A stretch of DNA of 64,000 nt from Octopus bimaculoides (GCF_001194135.2 NC_068985.1:42828871-42892870), one strand, 5' to 3'; shown: positions 10,245 through 23,847, counted from the stretch's first letter. Translations and numbers: made by a program. Notes: generated by a model from the letters alone, not told the origin.

Positions 10245-10460
10245 TTAATATTGGTTTCAAATTTTGGCATACGGCCAGCAATTTCAGAAGGGAGAAGTCG
10301 ATTGCATCAATCCCAGTGCTTAACTGATACTTATTTTATCAACTATGAAAGGATGTAAGGCAAAGTCAAACTTTACAGAGTTTGAACTCAGAATGTAAAG
10401 GCAGATGAAATGTTAAGCATTTAGTCTGGCACAGTAATGATTCTGCCAGCTCATCACCTT
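10245..10460 (-). mobile_element. tRNA-derived SINE (family C)
   Basis: Reverse complement reads aaggtgatgagctggcagaatc...ttctgagttcaaac...tttgactttgcctt...ttgataaaataagt. Many sister copies in the window. Confidence 0.8.
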
Positions 10461-10514
10461 AACTATTTTTAATATTTGAACGTAAATGATATTAGACATT
10501 ATAATGATAAATAC

Positions 10515-10584
10515 CTTTTTTAGATTTAGCTCCAATCTTCAGTTTTGATGGCCACGTAACTTCTGTATTAGTTTCTTTCATAAT
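10515..10584 (-). CDS. BICC1: BICC1 coding exon (70 nt, phase 0/1): IMKETNTEVTWPSKLKIGAKSKK
   Basis: Acceptor ttatttctctgttcag, donor gtattt. Contains the WPSKLKIGAKSKK signature of Bicaudal-C. Confidence 0.96.
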
Positions 10585-10869
10585 CTGAACAGAGAAATAA
10601 ATAAATTAAATAATATGCATAAATACTAAAACACATACGTATATATAATATGCAATGAGTAAAGAGTATGGGAGAGTTAGGAATGCCAAAGTAAGTCCTG
10701 TGTGGAGGAATACTAAATGCGTCATATTTGGTAAATAGGAACTGTCTGTATTTCAAGTATAACATTAAGATTCTGATGATGATTGTATAGAATAACGACC
10801 AGGGGTTGAAACTCACAGCCATTAGATTATTGTTAAGCCTCTGGTGAGTCACAGACTCTAGAACAGTGA

Positions 10870-11430
10870 TGCAAAAGTGGATTAAAGTAGTACTGGGTTA
10901 ATGAAAAGATGATTATTGCAGTAGCGGATTAATGAAGAAATGGATTATTGCAGCAGTGGATTAATGAAGAAATGGATTGTTGCAGTAGTGGATTAATTGT
11001 GATGTAAAGTAGATTAATAAAACGGTGATGCAAATTGGATTAATGAAGCAATGAATTAATAGTGATATAAACTGGATTTATGATGTAGTAGATTAATAGT
11101 GATGTAAGGTGTATGAATGAAGCAGTGAATTAATAGCAATATAACATGGATTAAAGTAGCATTGGATTAATGAAGAAGTGGATTATTGTGGCAGTAGATG
11201 AATTGTGATGTAAAGTAGATTAATAAAACAGTGATGCAAAGTGGATTACTAAAGTAGTGAATTAAAAGTGATGCAAAGTGGATTACTAAAGTAGTGAATT
11301 AAAAGTGATATAAAATGGATTAAAGATGCAATAGATTAACAGTGATGTAAAGTGGATGAATGAATCAGTGGATTAATAGCAATATAAAGTGGATTAAAAA
11401 AAGACTGATGCAAAATGGATTAATGAATAA
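10870..11430. repeat. Degenerate AT-rich satellite built from gtgatg(t/c)aaagtggattaatgaag modules
   Basis: Repeated gattaat, gtgatg and ggatta modules, with a longer duplication near 10996 versus 11200. Confidence 0.85.
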
Positions 11431-12299
11431 TTAATAATAGAGATATAGAGTAATTTTTGTAGCAATAGAATAATAAAGTATTGAAGTAGGTTTAGTCAGA
11501 GGTCGAGAAGCAATGTTCATGACTATTTTTAGGTTCTTCAAGATTAATGGGAGCAAGGGAGGTAATTTCTCTTAGATTTGAAACCTGATCTGAATGCTTG
11601 TAACTGAGTGAACCCCACTAATAGCACTTGATGACCAGGTGCTGCTCTACCTTCCCCAACACAAAAAGTATCCCTTCTACAAGTTTTTAAACAGTTTTCA
11701 TGAACTGAATTTCATTTACAAAACGAAAGCACTTGTTCAATGCATTACATAGTGAGATTGAACCTCAATTCAAATAGTTGTAAACTAAATGCAGTGCAGA
11801 AAGAATAATAATTTGGGGGGTGGGGGTGAGAAAGAGATTTAACTGACTTTGTAACAAGCTAATAATACATTGGCACAAATCAGAATGTTGTCAGGAAGAT
11901 ACAGGAATGGATAAATTTAGCAGCTTGTGACAAAGTAACAGTCACATTCAAAATGAAATCAATAAAAATTACTCTTGTAAGTATTACTACTCACTTATTT
12001 GTGAAACATATTAAATAATTATAAGACAAGCACAATTAATATCAATTTCCTAGAACAGTATTTTCAAGATTTATCAGACGTAGAAGCTAAACTCAAAGCA
12101 AGCTCTGCAAGTGGTTAACTGTTTTTTCTTTTGTAATTTTGAATTGAGCAACTCTATCTTCAGAATTCATTTGTATATCTGCTAGATACAGAAAACAATT
12201 ACATTTGACTAAATATCTCTCAAATTAGAGCTTGAACTTATAAAAAAAAAGAAAGAGAGAGAGGGATGATAAAAATGTTTTACGTAGAATCAGTTGACA

Positions 12300-12700
12300 T
12301 TTCATCTGACATCTCTAGGAAAGGAGTCCTATTTGTTAGGTTCTCTTATACCAGAAGATAATTAGAGGGGAAAGTTTCAGGCAAGTTTCCCTTCACCATT
12401 TTCATGTCTACACAAGAAGATAGGTTATGTTTCGCAATAGGGAGGTTAAAGCAGCAAGTGGAGAGAATTAGTTTTGAAACCTAATCCAGAACTTTCAGCA
12501 GTCTCTCTAATGGCTTCAGAATAATTTCTTCTCATCTATTCAGCTTTATACAAAGTGACTTGCTGAGCTGGAGTGTAAGTAATTGTGGGTTTAGTTAATA
12601 CATGCCATATTGAAGATGTTAACATAGATAAACTCTCTCCTCCATTTTGAAATAAGATATTGCTGACTAAACAAGGACCATTTACAACTAAAGAATATAG
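12300..12700 (-). mobile_element. Degraded L2/CR1-type LINE fragment
   Basis: Minus-strand remnant TYTPAQQVTLYKAE, the same motif class as 7780-8250. Boundaries approximate. Confidence 0.5.
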
Positions 12701-13237
12701 TTATTAAGGGGGGAAAAATCTAATTAATTAATTAAATAGAATTAACAAGTAAAATGTTTAAATAAAGTTATTTTTGTCTTCTTTCTGTGTAAAATACTAC
12801 ATTTTAAATGTTTAAAATCATCTTGTAAAATGATAAAATATAACATATTTGATTGATAAAGATTACTGAGAAAGAAGGAAAGCAGAATATAGTGATGATG
12901 GCAAAAATATAGGGGTTGTAGGGGTTGTCTTTATAGGGAAAGGGATTGTTATAGTTATGGTAATAGTTATGATGATGATGGTTATGACAGTGCTGGTGAT
13001 GATGATTTCCTGTGGTAGAAATATAACCAATTTAACTGTTGTATGAGAATAATTACATGGAAGAAATACAAGATGAAATTAATCTAATTCACACAGACAC
13101 ACACATGTGTATGTATCCACACATTATATCTAAGAATGTACATATATGCACACACACACACGAGTATGTATCCACACATTATATATAAGAATGTACATGT
13201 GTGTGTGTGCGTTTGTGTGTGAATAATTATACATATA

Positions 13238-13484
13238 CAGGTTGGTGCAAAAGTAGATATACAGTTATGAAAAAAGAAACCATGTATAATACTTATTTTT
13301 ATCAAAAAAATTAAAAGTTACAATGAAAGTATTATTATAGTTATGATAAATGTATTATTATGATTAATGACACTGAAAATATCAAAAATGATGCTAACTA
13401 ATTTAATGTGCTAATAAATTTAATGAATGAAGTATTATAACATTGATGTGATATTTACTGTATACCTACTTTTGCACCCCATTA
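13238..13484. mobile_element. Tc1/mariner-type MITE (247 bp)
   Basis: 28-bp TIRs caggttggtgcaaaagtagatatacagt / actgtatacctacttttgcaccccatta with TA flanks and an AT-rich interior. Confidence 0.8.
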
Positions 13485-13489
13485 TAACT

Positions 13490-13800
13490 GACACCCTGTT
13501 ATGATGACAAAGGTTCCAGTTGATCCAATCAATGGAACAGCCTGCTCCTGCAATTAACGTGCATGTGGCTGAGTACTCCACAGACACATGCACCCTTAAC
13601 GTAGTCCTCAGGGAGATTCTGTATGACACAGAGTGTGACAAGGCTGGCCCTTTGAAATACAGGTACAACTCATTTTTGCTAGCTGAGTGGATGGAGCGAT
13701 GTGAAATAAAGTGTCTTGCTCAAGAACACAACGCATCACCGGGAATTGAACTTGCAACCTTGTGACTGTGAGCTGAATACCCTAACCACTAAGCCATGTG
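13490..13800 (-). mobile_element. tRNA-derived SINE (family B)
   Basis: Reverse-complement head cacatggcttagtggttagggtattcagctcacagtcacaaggttgcaagttcaattccc with A- and B-box-like motifs. Confidence 0.8.
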
Positions 13801-14739
13801 TTTTCACTGTGTGCATAATTATATAAACAGCATATAGGTGTGAAGTGTTTGTATAGATATGTGCATCTGCGTTTTTGTTTGCACTTCTCTGTGTGCGTGT
13901 ATGTATGTGAAAAGGTGTAATGTTTGAAGGAATTCAATGAAAATATTTTAAGAGATTTTAGTATAAACTACAGTATTCATTGGGTAATATTGCAAACTAC
14001 TGCTCTCTTTTAGTTGCTCCTTACAACACACAACCATATAGTATACTTATTGTACCTAGGAATCAATAGTGATTGATAAATAAGTACTGGTGTCTATATG
14101 ATTGACGAAATATCCTTGAAGGCAGTGCCCCAGTATGGCTGTAGTCCATCATCAAGGCAACTCAGTTTGTTGCAATTCAGGGAAGAGTGAACAGAATAAT
14201 AAACTTTTACTAAGACTCAGGTTGAACTCGTATCCTTTTGAATCAATCACTGAGTAATTTGATCCCTTGGCCTCTCAACTATTTAAAAGTATTTAAATTA
14301 TTTTTTTATACAATTCCCACACACCAAAAAATTCATAGGAATAACTTCTAGCAATTCTTATAAGTGAGGAAATATCATCCAATTGTATAACAACTTTGAA
14401 CATAAAGAAGCTTGACCGTCAAGAAATAGCAGGTAATCAACCCTCAAATCACATTAAAAATTGTCAGATGTAGTGGATAATGAAGTGCAAAGATATATGT
14501 ATGAAAAGACAAACAGAATGGTTATAGTTAAAACATCTTTGATCATAGATCTATTTGATTAGGGTTAACCTAGGGCTAAACAACAACAACAATTGATTCT
14601 AGAACTGCTGGATCAGGGTGATCTGGAGCTAGATAAAAACAACACAATTTAATCCTGCTAGCAAATCCTATATGGTTCTCCCCCACCTCCCAATGAACAT
14701 GATCATCATCTAGGGAGACAGCTGAAACAATGGGATATC

Positions 14740-15240
14740 TTTTGTCAATGGTAAATCTTTCATCAATACTTTTAGTCAGTGGTACTTTAGCCAATGGTGA
14801 CTCTTTAGTCAAAATACCTTTAGTCAATGGTAAATCTTTTGTCAATACCTTTTAGTCAGTAATACTTTAGGCAATGNNNNNNNNNNTGGTGACTCTTTAG
14901 TCAAAATACCTTTAGTCAATGGTAAATCTTTTGTCAATACCTTTTAGTCAGTAATACTTTAGGCAATGGTAAATCTTTAGCCAATGATAAGTTTTTGGTT
15001 TCTGATTGAAATCAGTTAATGTAAGCATGGTTGTGCAGTTAAAAAGTTACTGCTGCAATTGTATGGTGTCAGGTTCAATACCACAGTATGTGGCACCTTA
15101 GGTAAGGGCTTCCTACCATAATCTCATGTCATCCAATGTTGTTTGAGTGGAATCTTTTGTCAATACCTTTTAGTCAATGATATCTTTAATCAATACCTTT
15201 TAGTTAGAAAAATACTTTAGCCAATGGTAAATTTTTAGTG
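14740..15240. repeat. Short-period tandem repeat (tttagtcaat / ggtaaatctt / aatacc modules), interrupted by a gap and a 163-bp insertion
   Basis: Visible periodicity. N-gap at 14877-14886, insertion at 14991-15153. Confidence 0.85.
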
Positions 15241-16389
15241 AATATCTGCTGCTTGGTATCTAAACTACATCAGTTACATGCTTTTTTGTTTTCGAAAAAG
15301 AGATAAACATCACAACTTCTCCATTCCTTTCCTCCTCTTATCTCTTATCTTGTTTCTAATTTAAAACAACAATCAACATTACCCTGCTTGTTTTTAAACT
15401 TCTTAACTAATCACCAGAATTTTCTGCCATTATACTGCTCTCTCTCTCTCTCTCTCTCTTCCCATCCCTCACACATGGAACCAACCACACCTTTACCTAC
15501 ACCCACATTAAATAAATAACATAAAGAGAATTACTAATAAGTGCTTATATAAACATATACATGCAAATTTATCTTATTTTGTTCTTTCCATAAATATAAT
15601 ATTTCAAACTAATAAAGACAGCAATAACAATAGCAGCAACATCATCAGCAACAGCAGCAGCAACATCATCATCTTCAACAACAGCAGCAGCAACCCCCAT
15701 CAACAACACAGCAGTGTTCCAGGCAGGGTTTATCCATTCATTTATTTATTTATCATTCCTGCTTGCTTCAAAGATTCCACATCAAATAATCTGCACTCAC
15801 AGATAGGCAGTATCCCCCTAGTTAGCAGCTCATACAGGTTTCCACACCTGCGTTATCCCATCCCCTTCTGAAAATGTTCTTTAATCTTTGTAAGATCCGC
15901 TTAAATGGAAACACTGTGTAGTTTAAAATTACAGGAACGGGTTAACATGTTAACAGCAACAAACCACAGATCTTGTTACAGAGATTAAAAAAATAACAAC
16001 TGTAAGGGTTTTTTTTTGGTTTTTTTGGTTTTTTGACATATCAGACATGAGCAATGTATGTCCATGTTGTACATGGGGTAAGGGAGCTAAAATAACAGAA
16101 GAGAGAGAGGCACAGATAGGTAGACAGACAGATGAGAAAAGATAGAGAAAGTGAAATAGCAAGAGACAGGGGACAGATAGTAAGAAAAGGAAGAAATAGT
16201 AGGAGATAGCAAGAAAGGGAGAGGAACAGCAAAAGCGTGAAGGATATGTTATAAATTGGAAGTTTATTTTCAGCAGGAACTGTGAAAACAGAATCAACAA
16301 GCGCACTCAGAGAGCGCAAACCTTTGCCAAGGCAACACCAACGTCCTCTCAATGATTAGCTAGAGATGATTTTTAAAATGAGAATATCT

Positions 16390-16620
16390 GAAATAAACTC
16401 AACTGTTCTCACAAACTAATACTGAACCCAACTGCTCTCAAAAATTAAGTAAAAAAAACAGGAAAAATAATCCAGAATCCTTGTCCAGTACCAGATTGAT
16501 CCCAAAATCTAATCAGTTCATGCCAGTCATGAAGCCAAACAACTCTGAAAGTTTCATCTGAGATAGCTTGTCCATGGACAAACAAACAAACATGACTGAA
16601 AACAATACTCCAATACTCTA
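16390..16620. mobile_element. Unclassified non-autonomous DNA-element-like repeat
   Basis: gatcccaaaatctaatcagttc...aaagtttcat...acaaacaaacaaacatgactgaaaacaat resembles widespread non-autonomous elements. I cannot assign a family. Confidence 0.35.
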
Positions 16621-16767
16621 AGAATCAGTGAATGTATAGAGATGAAGTGGTGTCAAATGACAGTAAGGAGGTCTGAAGAGGGCCATTCCATTGGGCAAGG
16701 CCTGAAAAACAAAAGGTAAGTTTTCTGGATTTAAGAAACAGTTTTCGGTTTCTGATTGAAATCAGTT

Positions 16768-16920
16768 GATGTAGGCATGGTTGTGCAGTTAAAAAGTTAC
16801 TGCTGCAATTGTGTGGTATCAGGTTCAATACCACAGGGTGTGGCACCTTAGGTAAGGGCTTCCTACCATAACCTCATGTCACCCAATGCTGTTTGGGTGG
16901 AATTTGGTAGACAGAAACTG
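16768..16920 (+). mobile_element. SINE family A head fragment
   Basis: ggcatggttgtgcagttaaaaag...ggttcaatacc...ggcacctt...tggaatttggtagacagaaactg. Confidence 0.65.
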
Positions 16921-17184
16921 TATGGAAGTTTGTCAGAGTGCCCATACTTTATTCTTGGGTAGTAGATTTACTCTGTCACCAAGTTTAACACCATCACCTG
17001 GTCCATTCTGTTGTAAACATTTAGGCCACATCTTTGGTCTGAGGATAGCTTTCCTCCCACCCATGTCTCAAAAAGTAGCCATAGCACAGTATGGTGTTGT
17101 TTGAGGAAGATTATCAAAGACAGTCCAGCTGTGATCTTTCCGCTTTTATTTAGAGAAATGGCATTAATAATCCTTTCTATTAGA

Positions 17185-17390
17185 AACACAAGGCCTGAAA
17201 TTGTATGGGAAGGGGCTAGTCATTTACATTGATCTCAGTACTTTACTGGTACATATTTTATCGACCCCAAGAAGGTGAAAGGCAAAGTCAACCTTGGCAG
17301 AATTCAAACTCAGAACACAAAAATGGAAGAAACACTGCTATGCATTTTGTCCAATGCAGTAACATTTCTGTCAGCTTAATACCTTATAAA
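17185..17390 (-). mobile_element. SINE family C
   Basis: tttatcgacccc...aaaggcaaagtcaacc...aattcaaactcagaac. Confidence 0.75.
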
Positions 17391-17964
17391 TGTCATTGAT
17401 AATATAATTCATTCGGGACATCATCCTTAGTGGCGAAAAAATCTTCTCTATTTACATTTCTTTTTCAGTCAATTAAGATGTGAATGAAGAAGCTTTATTT
17501 GTAAACTAAACATAATAATGTTCTGAGTTCAAGTCTAATTGCGGGATTATGTAAACAGCTAGAAATAAGACACATAAAGATGATAAGAGATTAACCAATT
17601 GTAAATATACAACTTAAAGACAAGCTTTGACAGTGCAGATATAAGTTAACATCTTATTAATATTTTGTTTCAATTAGAAGCATAATAGTTTTTCTGCAGC
17701 TTATCATCCAATGTGTCCTTTGATTTAAGACAGTAAAACGTGATTTGAGAGAGATTTCTTTTTTGTTTTTACCTCATAATCAGGGAGGAAAAGGCAATAC
17801 CTATGACCTTTAATTTTTCAGAGCCTCTGTGGGACGTATGATTCAGGGACAAAGTTATCTGCAAGCTAGAGACCTGCCTCAAAAACTTGCAGCAGAGTGA
17901 ACTACACTAAACCCACCCAAACACCACCAACAATAACTGAGAAGCAAAGAGCCAGTACAAATAT

Positions 17965-18185
17965 TCTTTTCTACTCTAGGCACAAGGCCTAAAAACTTTG
18001 GGGGAGGGGGGGCAGTTGATTAGATCGACCCCAATATGTAACTGGTACTTAATTTATTGACCCCCAAAAGGATGACAGGCAAAGTTTACTTCAGCAGAAT
18101 TTGAACTCAGAACCTAAAGACAGATGAAATACCACTAAGCATATCACCCGGTGTGCTAACATTTCTACCAGCTCACCACCTTAGC
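17965..18185 (-). mobile_element. SINE family C
   Basis: ctctaggcacaaggcct...ttagatcgacccc...gaatttgaactcagaac...ccagctcaccacctt. Confidence 0.8.
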
Positions 18186-18204
18186 CAATACAAATATTAG
18201 AAGA

Positions 18205-18500
18205 TATTGGTTGTGGTTAAGAAGCTTGCTTCCCAACAAAGTGGCCTTGGATTCAGTTCTACTGCACAGCACCACCTTGGACAAGTGTCTTTTCCCTTTG
18301 CCCCAGGGCAACCAAAGCCTTGTGAGTGGATTTAGTAGGCGGAAACTGAAAGAATCCTGCCATGGCTATGATGTAAGAAGTTTTCTTCCCAACCACACAG
18401 TTCCAGGTTCAGTTACATTGTGTGGTATTTTCTACTACAGTCCCAGGCCAATCAAAAGCCTTGTGTAGATTTAGTAGACAGAAACTGAAAGAAGCTTGTG
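18205..18500 (+). mobile_element. Two tandem SINE family A heads
   Basis: The segment from gtggttaagaagcttgcttcccaac to gaaactgaaagaa occurs twice in succession. Confidence 0.7.
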
Positions 18501-20143
18501 TGTGCCCATGTTTTGTTATCACTGTCTCCATGTCTTGATACCATGTGATTGTTGTAAGTGAGCATCACCATCAATATTCTGTGTAAACATGTCTAGTCAT
18601 GAAAAAATATTGCTTTGCTTGGAAAGTGGTGAGGGTTAGTGACAGGAAGGGAACCTGGTCGTAGAAAAATCTACCTCAATAAACTTAGAAAAGCAGATGT
18701 TAAATGATGATGATGATTTAACAATTCTATTCATCTATGACTCTGGATTGATATTTCATTTATTGATCCTGAAAGCATGTAAGACAAAGTTGACCATAAG
18801 AGTTTTGAACTCAGAATGCGAAGAGGCAAAACAAATACAGCATGGAGTTTTGTCCCATGTTTTAGCATCTCTGTCAAGTCACTGCCTGTTTGGCTGTTGT
18901 TTCTAGCTGGTTATGTCACTATGTAGAGGCCCCCTTTATATCATCGCCCTATATGATCACTAATCAGACCTAATTGAATACATCTATGATCAACCATTTT
19001 CCAATTGTGACCAAGCCATCTTGTATCCCCAAAACAGTGTATCTAGAGATACATTATCCAATGTTTCCTTCCTGTTTTGAAGACAGTATTGAGCGATTTA
19101 AGGGCTAATTGACAACTTTTTCTAGCAGACCAAGCAATTATGTAGATGCTACTGCATTGGTTTGTAGGTGAAGATGTTGAGCATCAGGTCAACCTTGATT
19201 AAGCAAACCTGCGAACAAAGGTGCTCCAACCATGATCACCCTGTCTTTTTAGGATAATAGTCCTTTTTAGGATTATATTTTCCAATGTTTCCTTTATTAA
19301 AGACAGTTGGATGTTATTTGGCTGATATTTCTAGCAAACAACCATATACTGTCTTTCTTGTTGGCTTGTAACTAAAGCAGTTGATACATTAGACATGATC
19401 AAAATAGTTAAAAAGAACAAAAGTCCAGTCCATTTGACATTCAAAAAATGACCATCACTGCTTCATGATTTCACTATTGTTGTTGTATCAGTTACATAGC
19501 TAAATTCTGTCTACTTCAGCTAATATGTCCTTGTACATGTCTGAACATTAAGGGACATCTCAACTCCCTGATACAACATACTGTTCTGTTCTCATGTCCC
19601 TTACACTTTTACAAGATCCCATGTGAAGCTAGCCTTAAGGTCCTCCTTGCCACATGGTGACAGTAACAACTCCACATAATTCAATTGTGATGGGTGTGTA
19701 CTAAAAATACATGTTAAACTAACATTGTCACTTGTCATGCCTCACCAACTGATGGACGGAAAACCTTCCTCTAAGCAAATATATCTCACTCTCCCTCCAC
19801 ACCATTTTCTAGTAGCAGCAGTGTTTACATTGGAACATCACAGGTTGTATGAGTGTGTGTATGTGTGTGTGTAGAGAGAGAGATACAAATATAAATATAT
19901 ACAAACATATACACACACACACACGTGTATGTGTGTATGAGTGTTTTTGTGTAAGTATTTTGTGTATAAATGTCTCATATATTAAGTGTAGGTTAGTATG
20001 TGTCTGTGGGGTGTGAGTGAGAGAGAAAAGAAAATGGTTATACATCACAGGTTGTGTGTGTTTTAGCATGTGAATGGGTGTGTAAGAGTTTGAATTTTAG
20101 TGTATGCATGAGTGCAAGTTTTATATGAGTGAATATAAGCATA

Positions 20144-20205
<62 letters not shown>

Positions 20206-21476
20206 TATGCATGTATGTTAGTGCACTTATATGGAGATGAAATAAGGCATGGGAATAAGGAAATGCTATGAAATGAACTAAATACTAATTAATAACAACA
20301 TATAAATATATGTGACAGTATTTGGAAGGATATATGGAAGAATACATGCCATTGGGTACATAGAGGATGTATCACACATACACACACACACATACATGTA
20401 TGCACACAGAAGTAATATGTACATGTGTGTGAGTGTATGTACATGTGTATCTATATATATATATGCATAAGAATATATTATATGTATCATATGTAAATGT
20501 GTGTGTGTAAGTAGTTTAAAATCAAATAGCATTATTAATCATTAGAGATTATAGTAGCCTGTCTAAATAGTCCCTTAGGGATGTTTTTGCCTGCTTGTCT
20601 GTCTCTCTCACCCTCACATTGTCTCTAACTTTCTGTCTGTCTGTCTGTCTGTCTCTCTCTATTATATATAGATATATATATACACACGCATATATATATA
20701 ACACACACACACACACACATATATATATGTGTGTGTGTAGGCATCTCTCTGTCTCTCAAGAGAAATAACTTTCTTAGGATGGAAAAGAATGGAGATTGAA
20801 GTTAGTTTGATACAGAAAATTATTTAGTTATTTTATTTGAGAGAAGATAGGAATGGATAATTTTTGGAGGCAGAAAATTGTGTGTGTGAGTGTGTGTGTG
20901 CGTGTGTGAGAGAGAGCGAGAGAATGTAGTGAACCTTCATAATAACCTGAAATGGAATCATTTAAGGACAGAGTAAAGAAGTTCATGTAATATAATTCTA
21001 TAAGACCAAAGAATGTAACTGAAATATTAAACATTCAACAAAGATTCTCCAATGAAATTATTTTCGTCTCTCAATGGAGAAATATTTGATATGATAGTCA
21101 GTTTTTCTTTTTTAATTAGAATGTATTTTAATATTTTATAAAATAAGATATTTTGATGTTGCTTTTAGACCAAAGTCAGACTTGATCAAGCAGATCATAT
21201 AAATCAAAGATGTTCCAGCTGCGAACATCTTACTTTTTATAACTACTACATTCTTCAATGTTGTCTCTTTTTTCTTTTTTTTTTTTTTAAGATGACAGGA
21301 TGTGATATGAGGAAAATTTGGTTGTTATTTCCAACAGGTTGAGTAACTGTACAGATGGTCCCTCATTGGCTTGTAAAAGGTTAGTTTGCAAGAGATAAGA
21401 AGTGAGTTTTAATGATTCAGGGAGCAGGGCCACTAGTGTATTCTTAGGTATTATGTTACATTATACTCAAGTAAGA

Positions 21477-21650
21477 AGAACAGAACAGAAGATCATTTTG
21501 GAAGAGCAGAAGATCATTCTAGAAGAGCAGAAGATCTTTCTAGAAGAACAGATCATTCTAGGAGAACAGAAGATCATTCTAGAAGAGCAGAAAATCATTC
21601 TAGAAGAGCAGAAGATCATTCTAAAAGAGCAGAAGATCATTCTGGAATAA
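21477..21650. repeat. 21-bp minisatellite (agaagagcagaagatcattct), about 8 units
   Basis: Visible tandem array. It gives the EEQKIIL repeat ORF. Confidence 0.93.
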
Positions 21651-22247
21651 CAGTAGCTAATCATAAGAGAGAAGTAGATCACTATAAGATTACTCTTAGG
21701 CCATCTAAAGTAAATGCCTTGTCAAGGATTGATATATATAATCCTGAAGAAGAAATCTTTAGAAAACAATTTCAGTCACAGAATGGTGCAAAAATATCTA
21801 AAGAAAAGCCAGCAGTGTTGAAGTACACAGTGTGCAAAATGTTTGAAGTTGGGTGTTGTTCCTGAAAATTGGAGTTACAGAAAGATCTTTCTTTAAGATA
21901 AGTAACAGTTGTAGTTTTCTATTATTACACATAACTGATGCTTTTAATGCAAACAGAGTTATTTACACAAATAACTGCCACCCAACCATCTTTTTTTTAT
22001 ATTGTGAATGCCAAAGAAACATTACTGACATTGTTGAAGTAAAGATAAATACTTCAGTAATAAAAAAAAAAAAAAACATTTGTAAAATATTTATAATCAG
22101 AGATAACAGAATCAGTGAATGTTGAAATAGTAACAAAGTGAAAGGTAGCTAATAAGCTTGAATAAGTTGCCACTCTAGGTAACAGTGGTTAACTTATTAA
22201 AAACAATCAAAATTTACAAATTTTGTGATTAATAAATAATTTCACAT

Positions 22248-22407
22248 AGGTGCAGGAATGGCTGTGTGGTTAGGAAGCTCTGTTTGCAATCACATGGTTT
22301 TGGGTTCAGTCTCACTGTGCAACACCTAGAGCAGGTGTCTTCTGCTATAGCCCTGAGCCAACCAATACCTTGTGAGTGAATATGGTAGATGGAAATTATG
22401 TGGAAGC

Positions 22408-22482
<75 letters not shown>

Positions 22483-22670
22483 TGTCTGCTCCACCTTCAG
22501 CACTTGACCAGTGTTGGTTTGTTTATATCTCCATTGCTTAGTAGTTTGGCAAAAGAGACTGATAGAATAAGTACCAGACTTATAAATAAACACTGGGATC
22601 GATTTGTTTGACTAAACCATTCAAGGTGGTGCCCCAGCATGGCCACAATACCAGGACTGAATCAGATAAA
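22248..22670 (+). mobile_element. SINE family A, full length with central (TG)n
   Basis: aggtgcaggaatggctgtgtggttagg head, gaaattatgtggaagcc, (TG)n, ggcaaaagagactgatagaataagtacc, ggtgccccagcatggcc tail. Confidence 0.85.
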
Positions 22671-22918
22671 AGATAATGCCAGATTGTCATGCTCTCCTGA
22701 AGATATACTCCATCCATACCAACACATGAAATAAGTGAAGATAACAAATGATGGAGATGATGCTCAAAGATTTGTTAAATTTATTTTTCAGTGAGTATAT
22801 AAGTAGCCATCTACGTATCATACTTAATGTACAGACATCACCAACAATCAAGTTATTGCAGTTTTCTAGCAAGAAAATATCTTATGGATGTGCTGATTTT
22901 AGAAATACAATATATATC

Positions 22919-22990
<72 letters not shown>

Positions 22991-23847
22991 AAAATCATCT
23001 CAAAAGTAGCAATTAAGAATGCCAGCTATTTATTGAATACAGTAGATGCTGATTTACAATGAGAATAACAAAACTGGAATTATTTCCATACAGTAACTAT
23101 GTATTTACAAAGTCAATCTATGGTCTAGTAGTATACTTAGGATCATGATCCACTGAGGAGGTCTAATGAGACTGAAACAGGTCCCTGAGTTGCAGCACAA
23201 AGTAACAAATTCCATTTTCAACCACAATGTTGTGAAGCAAACTTCTTAATTACAGTCTTGGCATCACCTCTACAACAAAACAGGAAGTGGTAACATTTTT
23301 CAATATTATACACCATTTGTTACAATATTTCCAGAATTTTCAACTTTAATATGTACCTCACATCAATACAGCAACTACAAACTGGATTGTAATTCTGGAA
23401 TAAGCAGATGTGTTTCAAGAAGACACAGCTGGAATTTTACCCAACCTACATTATATATATATCATCATCATTATCATCATTGCTTATATGCTTATACACG
23501 CACACCACACATTTTACATACTTATGCATTCGCAGGAATAAGGAATTTTAAGTGTTTTCAGTTGAACTTTTTTGTAATGTTTCTAATAATGAAGAAATAA
23601 TTTAGAAACCAGAAATTGTAATTAAAAATCAAATTAGGATGCAGTATAAATGTGAAACTCAAGTTTCACATTATACTGCAAAAAATGCTCAAATTTTTAA
23701 AAGCCAAATTTGATTTTGTTTCCCTTTCATATTTCACCTTCTTTCCGGCTCAAAAGATAATATTTTAGTTTTACCAATTTGGAATATAAAAAGATAACAA
23801 TTGGTATCAAAATCTTAACCTGTGTGTGTGTGTGTGTGTGTGTGTGT

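Noticed and set aside
14795-14968. Perfect 82-bp direct repeat
   Set aside because: The two identical copies flank a 10-N gap, most likely an unmerged contig overlap.
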